This document shows, piece by piece, positions 46,081 through 52,425 of a stretch of DNA of 52,425 bases. Source of the DNA: Patescibacteria group bacterium (lineage in GTDB: Bacteria; Patescibacteriota; Minisyncoccia; UBA6257; GWB1-50-10); NCBI GenBank assembly GCA_038065455.1, contig JBBTQX010000009.1:1-52425 (forward strand), given 5' to 3'. Positions within the stretch are counted from its first letter, which is position 1, and each line of letters begins with the position of its first letter. The position numbers and the translations under genes were made by a program. The notes beneath the pieces were generated by a model. The model searched no databases, was not told the origin of the DNA, and saw nothing but the letters and a program-made list of their open reading frames with translations.

Positions 46081-46181
46081 ACCCATTCTATTATTATGGG
46101 CGCTACAATTGATTGTAACGCCTTAATTATCATTATTTATCTGTATAATTCTTTGGAATACGTATAGAATAATGATCAAAA

Positions 46182-47378
46182 GTGAAAAGGAATTTATATA
46201 AAAATCTTCCCGAGACGCCTGGAGTCTACCTTTTCAAAGACGGAAAAGGGAGATTGCTTTATGTCGGCAAGGCGGGGAATTTAAAACGGCGCGTGTCGTC
46301 TTATTTTCTGCGACCGCATGATTATCGCATCCAGAAATTGGCGAGTGAAATAAGAAAAATTGAAGTAAGAAAAACCGACACGGCCATCGAGGCGCTTATT
46401 CTGGAAGCGGAATTCATTAAAAAATACCAGCCGCCCTACAATATCCGCGAAAAAGACGACAAGAGCTTTCTTTATGTCGAGATTACCAAAGACATATTCC
46501 CCAGAGTTTTATTGGTACGAGGCAAAGAAAAGATAAAAGGCAAGAGATATGGGCCGTTTACCTCTTCTTCCCAGGCGCGCGAGGCGCTCAAAATCATCCG
46601 CCGTATCTTCCCGTTCAGCACCCACGAGACCAGCGGTCCATTGAGACGTCCTTGTTTTGATTATCAAATAGGACTTTGTCCCGGAACATGCACCGGAAAC
46701 TTCAGCCGAACGGAGTATTTGGAGAATATAAAAAATCTGGAGCTTTTCTTCGAGGGAAAAAAGAAAAAAATCATCGGCAATCTCAAAAAAGACATGGCGA
46801 AGGCGAGTCGGAAAACGGAGTATGAGAAAGCCGACAAGATAAAACATCAGCTCTTCTCTTTACAGCATATTCAGGATGTGGCAGTCATCTCCGATGACAA
46901 ATTCCAAAATCCAAATGCCAAATTCCAAACAAAACGAATTGAGGGTTACGATATATCGAACATATCGGGAAAATTTGCCGTAGGAAGCATGGTGGTTTTT
47001 AAAGACAATGAACCGGACAAAAACGAGTATCGGAAATTCAGGATAAAAACGGTTTTTGGGCCGAATGACACCGGAATGATAAAAGAGATTTTTACCCGCC
47101 GCTTTCGCAATTCCTGGCGCAAACCTGACTTGATTCTCATAGACGGGGGACGGGGACAGGTGAATGCCGCTCGCGAAATACTCCGCAAATTCAAACTAGG
47201 AATTCCGCTCGTCGGCTTGGCCAAGGGACTAGAAAGGAAAAGAAACGACATAATCGGGAAAATCCCCGAATTCACCGACTTGAAGACGCTTATCCGAGTC
47301 CGCGACGAGGCCCATCGCTTTGCCATTGCCTATCACAAAAAAATCAGGAAGGCAGAATTCATAGGGCATAAATCTTGA
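46182..47378 (+). CDS. uvrC: Excinuclease ABC subunit C (short, no C-terminal HhH2)
   Basis: PGVY...YVGKA..LKRRVSSYF (GIY-YIG), UVR, RIEGYDISN, IDGGRGQ, RDEAHRFA. Confidence 0.95.
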   Translation: MKRNLYKNLPETPGVYLFKDGKGRLLYVGKAGNLKRRVSSYFLRPHDYRIQKLASEIRKIEVRKTDTAIEALILEAEFIKKYQPPYNIREKDDKSFLYVEITKDIFPRVLLVRGKEKIKGKRYGPFTSSSQAREALKIIRRIFPFSTHETSGPLRRPCFDYQIGLCPGTCTGNFSRTEYLENIKNLELFFEGKKKKIIGNLKKDMAKASRKTEYEKADKIKHQLFSLQHIQDVAVISDDKFQNPNAKFQTKRIEGYDISNISGKFAVGSMVVFKDNEPDKNEYRKFRIKTVFGPNDTGMIKEIFTRRFRNSWRKPDLILIDGGRGQVNAAREILRKFKLGIPLVGLAKGLERKRNDIIGKIPEFTDLKTLIRVRDEAHRFAIAYHKKIRKAEFIGHKS

Positions 47379-47562
47379 AATATAGGAATAATATCTTTTG
47401 CAAATAGACGGCCTCCGAATTCTAAAATCGTCTTCGCTTTGTCGCTATTAGCCACCCTGCTCGCCTTACGGCGGGGGTCCTGGCTCATTTCACGCGAGTC
47501 GCTCAGTGATTTTAACGAATTCTCCGGTTTTATATTCGCTCAAAATATTATTCCTATATTTC
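47377..47562. repeat. 186-bp long inverted-repeat element
   Basis: Perfect 18-bp terminal IR GAAATATAGGAATAATAT, continuing imperfectly (GAATTC-TAAAATC / GATTTTA-GAATTC), with an apical CGCC-TTAC-GGCG hairpin. Confidence 0.75.
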
Positions 47563-47578
47563 CTATTTATTCTTAAGA

Positions 47579-47726
47579 GCTCCGCCTGTGTTCCCGAAAA
47601 CAAATCTCGGAGGCGAAAAAGCTCGGTTCCCGAGAGAATTCGAGGGATTTTTCGCCGAGAGCTTAGTGGTGCGTTCCGTCGCTGGAACGGAACGACACCC
47701 GGTGATTTAGGGAATACAGGCGGAGC
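47579..47726 (+). repeat. 148-bp three-way-junction structured element
   Basis: Closing stem GCTCCGCCTGTGTTCCC/GGGAATACAGGCGGAGC enclosing two long hairpins. Confidence 0.7.
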
Positions 47727-47776
47727 GAATTATTTTATTTGCGGATATCCGAAATTTTTGATAGGATAGGTTTTCT

Positions 47777-48793
47777 ATGCCTATGAAAACGAAAATTATC
47801 GCCACCATCGGTCCGAGCTCCGATTCATACGAAACCATCTACAAAATGATAGAGGCGGGGATGAGTATCGCCCGAATGAACTTCTCCCACTGCACCTATC
47901 CCGAGTATCTCGAGCGGAAACGGCACATTCAGAAAGCTTCGAAGAAACTCAAAAAAAGTGTGCAAATCCTCCAAGACCTTCAAGGTCCCCGAATTCGCGT
48001 GGGCGAAATGCCCAAAGAGGGATTGGAACTCAAGGAGGGGGATTTGGTGATTTTTTCCACGAATAGGAAAAAGAACGACGCGATTTTCGTGGACAACCCG
48101 TATCTCCACTTGGATATCAAGCCAGGTCATCCGATTTATCTCGCGAGCGGCGACATGGAACTCATCGTAAAAAAGAAAAAAGACTCCGAAATATACGCGG
48201 AAGTCGTGAGAGGCGGCATTCTCTATTCCCGGAAGGGCGTGAATGTTCCGCACACCAAACTCACCACGTCGGGAATTACTCGAAAGGATATAAAAGACCT
48301 GAAATTCGGCTTAAAGCAGAAAACGGATTATGTCGCCATTTCATTCGTCCAATCGGCCGAAGATATCCTAAGAGCCCGAAAAATCATCGGTAATAAGGCA
48401 AAAATCATCGCGAAGATAGAGAGTGCCCAAGCCTTGAAGAATATCGATGCCATCATCCAGGCTTCCGATGGAGTGATGATCGCACGGGGCGATTTAGGAA
48501 TAGAAATACCTTATGAAAAACTTCCTTTTATCCAGAAAAATATCATCCGGCACGCGGCTTGGCACCGGAAGCCATCCATTACCGCTACCCAAATGCTGAC
48601 TTCAATGATTAACCACGATCATCCGACCCGAGCCGAAGTCTCGGATATCGCGAACGCCGTTTGGGACGGCACGGATGCCGTAATGCTTTCGGATGAAACC
48701 GCTTCCGGCAAATATCCGATACGCTCCGTGAAAGCCATGGCTAAGGTGGCAAAGCAAGCCGAGGAAACGAAAAACCAAACAAACTGGCTTTAA
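47777..48793 (+). CDS. pyk: Pyruvate kinase (no C-terminal regulatory domain)
   Basis: TKIIATIGP, RMNFSH, DLQGPRIR, IAKIE, MIARGDLG, ATQML, PTRAEVSD, DAVMLS. Confidence 0.95.
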   Translation: MPMKTKIIATIGPSSDSYETIYKMIEAGMSIARMNFSHCTYPEYLERKRHIQKASKKLKKSVQILQDLQGPRIRVGEMPKEGLELKEGDLVIFSTNRKKNDAIFVDNPYLHLDIKPGHPIYLASGDMELIVKKKKDSEIYAEVVRGGILYSRKGVNVPHTKLTTSGITRKDIKDLKFGLKQKTDYVAISFVQSAEDILRARKIIGNKAKIIAKIESAQALKNIDAIIQASDGVMIARGDLGIEIPYEKLPFIQKNIIRHAAWHRKPSITATQMLTSMINHDHPTRAEVSDIANAVWDGTDAVMLSDETASGKYPIRSVKAMAKVAKQAEETKNQTNWL

Positions 48794-48952
48794 TTAAATT
48801 TTTGAAACGGTTTTGGCAAGTATCTCATCTATGGTCTCTATAAATGTACCGATTACTTACCCTGACGATTTGTTATATGACGGATCGAAAGAATCGGTGG
48901 AATTAACTCTTAAACCGCTTCTTGATTTTACCATAAAGTGTATAATCGGGGT

Positions 48953-49645
48953 ATGAGGATTAATCGCTATCTGGCGCTCAATAAGTTCGCAAGCCGGCGC
49001 GAGGCGGACAGACTGATAGAAAAAGGACAAGTCTTAATAAACGGCAAACCCGCCGTTCTGGGTGCAATCGTGAAGGAAGATGATAAAGTAACCCTCAAAT
49101 TAGGATTTAAAAAAATGGAAAGGGAGAGGGTTTATATCGCCTTCAATAAGCCCATCGGCATCGTCACGCATAGTCCGGAAAAAAACCAAAAAAGCATCGC
49201 GGATGTTTTCAAATACAAAACCCGCGTTTTCCCGATAGGCCGTCTGGATAAGGATTCCCACGGGCTCATTATTCTTACGAACGACGGGCGCGTGACCGGA
49301 CGCCTGCTCGATCCGGACTCCGGCCATGAGAAGGAGTATCTCATTGAAACGAATGAACCGCTTCAAACAAATTTTTTAAGAAAAATGGCGAAAGGGGTGA
49401 GAATCGGCGATTATACAACCAAGCCTTGCCAGGTAAAATCCATCGGCTCGAAAAAGTTTCGGATTATCATTACCGAAGGCAAGAAAAGACAAATAAGGAG
49501 GATGTGCTTGGCTTTGAATCATAACGTGGCCGACCTGGAACGGATCCGGATATTGAATATTACCATCGGCAACCTTAAACCGGGTGGACATCGGCTTATT
49601 GAAGGCAAAGAACTGGAAACCCTTTTGGCAAAAATCGGCTTATGA
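48953..49645 (+). CDS. rRNA pseudouridine synthase (RsuA/RluB/RluF family)
   Basis: S4 domain SRREAD, NKPIG, GRLDKDSHGL, EKEY, EGKKRQIRRM. Confidence 0.94.
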   Translation: MRINRYLALNKFASRREADRLIEKGQVLINGKPAVLGAIVKEDDKVTLKLGFKKMERERVYIAFNKPIGIVTHSPEKNQKSIADVFKYKTRVFPIGRLDKDSHGLIILTNDGRVTGRLLDPDSGHEKEYLIETNEPLQTNFLRKMAKGVRIGDYTTKPCQVKSIGSKKFRIIITEGKKRQIRRMCLALNHNVADLERIRILNITIGNLKPGGHRLIEGKELETLLAKIGL

Positions 49646-49737
49646 TACAATAATCCCTACAAGACAAAGAGTGATATAAGCAGGAACCGGCGCGCGTGAG
49701 GCACGTCGGTTTTTGTTTTTATAGTATAATTGTTCCA

Positions 49738-50343
49738 ATGCCTCCGGAATTGGTTTCATTCATCGGCGAGTACGGCTATGCCGCCATCTTCCTTTTGGTT
49801 TTCCTCCAGGAAATCGGCGTACCGAATCCCGTTCCCAATGAACTGGTGCTTTTGTTTTCCGGCTATCTCGCTTCGACGGGCGTGCTTCAATTTCCGCTGG
49901 TTTTTCTATCCGCCGTTTCGGCCGATTTCATCGGCACTTCTTTGCTTTACTCCGTTTTCTATTTTTCAGGCCAATATATCCTAGACCATAAGCCGCGCTG
50001 GCTACCGATTTCGCATTCCAATATCGACAGGCTTTCCGGAAAAATATCCCGCCGGGGCCGCTGGGGAATATTCCTCGGCCGCCTCGTTCCGTATCTCCGG
50101 GGCTACGTTTCGGTGGCGGCCGGCCTTCTGCAAATAAAACCAAATGTATTTTTGACATCAGTCATCGTCTCCGCCCTGATCTGGAGCGGGGGATACGTCT
50201 TCGCGGGAAAACTGATGGGACCGTACTGGGACCGCTTCACGGATGCTATCGGCGGCATCAACATTGCCCTGCTCGCCATCATCGGAATAATCATAGCGGT
50301 ATATCTTTTCCGCTATTTCAGGCAAAAACGCCACCAAATATGA
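49738..50343 (+). CDS. DedA family membrane protein
   Basis: LQEIGVPNPVPNELVLLFSG, GRLVPYLR, SVAAG. Confidence 0.92.
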   Translation: MPPELVSFIGEYGYAAIFLLVFLQEIGVPNPVPNELVLLFSGYLASTGVLQFPLVFLSAVSADFIGTSLLYSVFYFSGQYILDHKPRWLPISHSNIDRLSGKISRRGRWGIFLGRLVPYLRGYVSVAAGLLQIKPNVFLTSVIVSALIWSGGYVFAGKLMGPYWDRFTDAIGGINIALLAIIGIIIAVYLFRYFRQKRHQI

Positions 50344-51038
50344 AATTTTCCGTCATAATACCCGCCTATAACGAAAGTGGGCACATCGCGAACGCGATTA
50401 AGAGCATTCTTGCTCAAGATGCCGGCCGCCGGAATTTCGAAGTTATCGTCGCGGACAATAATTCAACCGATGAAACCAGCCGAGCGGCGCGCGAGGCCGG
50501 CGCCGATAAAGTCGTTTTGGAAACGGAGCAAGGAACGAACATGGCGAGAAATGCCGGATACAAGGCCTCGAAGGGCGAAATCATCGTCTTTATGGACGCT
50601 GATTGCATCGCTCCGCCCGATTGGTTGTCGAGAATCGGCCGACTGCTCGAGAATTCTTCCCTTGCGATGGTTTCGGGTCCGTATGATTACGGTTTTTCCG
50701 GAATCAGGGCTTTCTTGGATGAAATCTGGACCGGGAAGATGTTTCCCAAAGCGCCGGCACTTTTGGAATTTTTATTCGGGAAAAAAGCGGGGATTATCAT
50801 CGAGGGGAATTTCGCCGCTCCGCGCGCGACCATCGAGGCGATCGGCGGCATCCCACTCATCAAATTCTGGGGCGACGGTCCGGCGATGGCCATACCGGCA
50901 AGCCGGAAAGTCGGCAAAGTTTTTTTCGATCCAACTCTGAAAATAAAAAGCTCGCCCCGAAGATTGGGGAAAAGCAATTTTATTATAACGACGTTGAAAT
51001 ACGCCTGGGTTTACCTCAAAACGTATTTCACCATTTAA
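50340..51038 (+). CDS. Glycosyltransferase family 2
   Basis: SVIIPAYNE, ADNNSTD, ARNAG, FMDAD, SSPRR. Confidence 0.93.
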   Translation: MKFSVIIPAYNESGHIANAIKSILAQDAGRRNFEVIVADNNSTDETSRAAREAGADKVVLETEQGTNMARNAGYKASKGEIIVFMDADCIAPPDWLSRIGRLLENSSLAMVSGPYDYGFSGIRAFLDEIWTGKMFPKAPALLEFLFGKKAGIIIEGNFAAPRATIEAIGGIPLIKFWGDGPAMAIPASRKVGKVFFDPTLKIKSSPRRLGKSNFIITTLKYAWVYLKTYFTI

Positions 51039-51556
51039 CTCTGCGGTCGGTTGAAAATATGGGGAACGATGGCTTTCAAAGCCAGCACGCCAGTTAAGGC
51101 GCCAAGAATGCCGAAGATCATATCGCCGATGGTATCCCCATTGCCCGGCTGAGCCAATTGATTGAAGGAAGGTGGAATATGATTGAGGAAACTGGCCGCG
51201 AAATTGTCCAAAATGAATTCGTACAGTTCCCAAATGACGGCAAAGAAGGCGACGGCCATCACGATAATCAGCGCATTTTTCCAAAACCGATTGTGGAGAA
51301 TATTCAAATGGAGATATTTTTCCCCAATCCAGACGACAAGCATTGCCTCAAAAACGCCGCCGAAAAAATGAACCACGATGTCATAACCAAGAAAGCCCGC
51401 GTTGCATCCCAGATAATGGAAACATCGGGAATTTTCTATCAACCAGAAAGAGGAGTCGGCAAAAAATTCCGCGGCGGCGAAAAGCAGAGTGGAAAAGAAG
51501 AAAGCGATATCCAGCCTTGAAGCTTTGAAAAAATCGGGACTAAACGCCATATGCAT
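51035..51556 (-). CDS. Integral membrane protein (DxxxH...WExxE...DTxxD motif)
   Basis: Four TM segments; DIVVHFFGG, IWELYEF, DTIGDM; upstream TGGTATAAT. Confidence 0.85.
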   Translation of the reverse strand: MHMAFSPDFFKASRLDIAFFFSTLLFAAAEFFADSSFWLIENSRCFHYLGCNAGFLGYDIVVHFFGGVFEAMLVVWIGEKYLHLNILHNRFWKNALIIVMAVAFFAVIWELYEFILDNFAASFLNHIPPSFNQLAQPGNGDTIGDMIFGILGALTGVLALKAIVPHIFNRPQS

Positions 51557-51688
51557 ATGGAAGAAATTATACCAATACGGATGGGATTATTCAAAGGAAA
51601 AATAAATTATCTTAGAATTGAGTTTTCCGGGAATCTTATTCGTTATAAAACTACCGCTTAAAGGTAGGGTAAATGCTATGATTAAATA

Positions 51689-52366
51689 ATGGCCTATGTG
51701 TCTTGGAATAAAGGATTAAATAAAAAAAACCATCCTGGATTAGCAAAAATTGCCAAAGCTAGAAGCAAAAGAAATAATTTCGCACAATGGCAAAAAAACC
51801 ATCCAATTAAATATGCTTCATTACATAAAAGTTCGGAGCTCGCCGAATTTTATGGAACAATGTTGGGAGATGGCTGTATAGAAAAGTTCGCTAGAACCGA
51901 AAAGTTATCCGTCAGCTTTAATTCCAAAGAAACTCAACACATTCGACATGTTAAAAAAATGATTAGTGACATATTTCTAAAGGAACCTGCGGCACAAATA
52001 CGTAATTATTCTCACTGCATTAATTTAACTCTCTATCAGAAAAACTTAAGCAGTAGATTGAAATTTCCAACCGGCGAAAAACAACTCCATCCACTGGGTA
52101 TTCCTCATTGGATTAGGGAAAACGAAAAATTCCTGATCAAGTGTCTGAAGGGCCTTTTTGAAACAGATGGCGATTGGGTCATCGACAAAAAATACGGTAT
52201 GAATGTCATGAAATTCACCAATGTCATACCGGAACTACTTAAAGACGTTCACAAATCGTTAATAGGACTCGGGTTTACCGCCCATCTCGGTAAAAGACGG
52301 GTTACAATCAGTAGAAAATCAGAAACTAAAAAATTTGCCGAAATGATAAAATTTAGGCTATATTAG
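51689..52366 (+). CDS. Free-standing double-motif LAGLIDADG endonuclease-like protein
   Basis: LAEFYGTMLGDGCI and LKGLFETDGD; N-terminal WNKG; no intein splice motifs. Confidence 0.88.
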   Translation: MAYVSWNKGLNKKNHPGLAKIAKARSKRNNFAQWQKNHPIKYASLHKSSELAEFYGTMLGDGCIEKFARTEKLSVSFNSKETQHIRHVKKMISDIFLKEPAAQIRNYSHCINLTLYQKNLSSRLKFPTGEKQLHPLGIPHWIRENEKFLIKCLKGLFETDGDWVIDKKYGMNVMKFTNVIPELLKDVHKSLIGLGFTAHLGKRRVTISRKSETKKFAEMIKFRLY

Positions 52367-52372
52367 AATTAT

Positions 52373-52425
52373 TGCGGGATCGTCTAAAGGTAGGACGTCG
52401 CTCTCTGAAAGCGAAAATTTTGGTT
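52373..52425 (+). tRNA. tRNA-Gln(CTG), 3'-partial
   Basis: TGCGGGA, D-arm GTCTAAAGGTAGGAC, TCGCT-CTCTGAA-AGCGA, start of the T-arm at the window edge. Confidence 0.88.

Noticed and set aside
40596-46181. LexA/SOS boxes upstream of the uvr genes
   Set aside because: I found no convincing shared CTGT-N8-ACAG or GAAC-N4-GTTC motif by eye.
48848-48898. Hammerhead-like CTGACGA...GAAA within a hairpin
   Set aside because: The GA is consumed by the stem, and no stem I or correctly placed cleavage triplet can be formed.
1-52425. Alternative genetic code (TGA recoded)
   Set aside because: Conserved genes are full length in code 11 and several end in TGA with ATGA overlaps.

Overview
Bacterial chromosomal window in genetic code 11. 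Its gene content and style (reduced dcw cluster, DUF4012/glycosyltransferase cluster, shortened UvrA/UvrC/pyruvate kinase, free-standing LAGLIDADG gene beside a tRNA) suggest Patescibacteria/CPR; this is an inference. The left ~8.1 kb is a defence island. It carries a large serine recombinase (LSR) on the minus strand that runs off the window and is missing from the ORF track, a divergent XRE/controller gene with a tandem palindromic operator, a Type III restriction-modification pair, and a coupled ParB/Srx-domain + Dam-type methylase pair. The island ends in a decayed recombinase 3' end, a ~320 bp unit bounded by inverted att-like arms, and a 5'-truncated response regulator. The rest is mostly core genome: mltB-like, gyrB with a 368-aa HNH-type intein, L10 leader-rplJ-rplL, pdaD, a Cys-rich repeat surface protein, mraZ-rsmH-ftsL-ftsI-murF, rmuC, secA, mltG, rsmI, glycosyltransferases, lepA, uvrB/uvrA/uvrC, pyk, a pseudouridine synthase, dedA and four tRNAs. 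The most unusual unannotated signals are: (i) a leaderless 26-aa Leu/Ile/Val-rich peptide embedded in a 1:2/2:3/3:4 attenuator-like architecture after rplL; (ii) the inverted recombinase-tail arms at the island end; (iii) palindromic or repeat elements inserted in frame in all three uvr genes; (iv) several MITE-like and structured-RNA-like intergenic elements. All family assignments come from motif recognition by eye; no searches were run.
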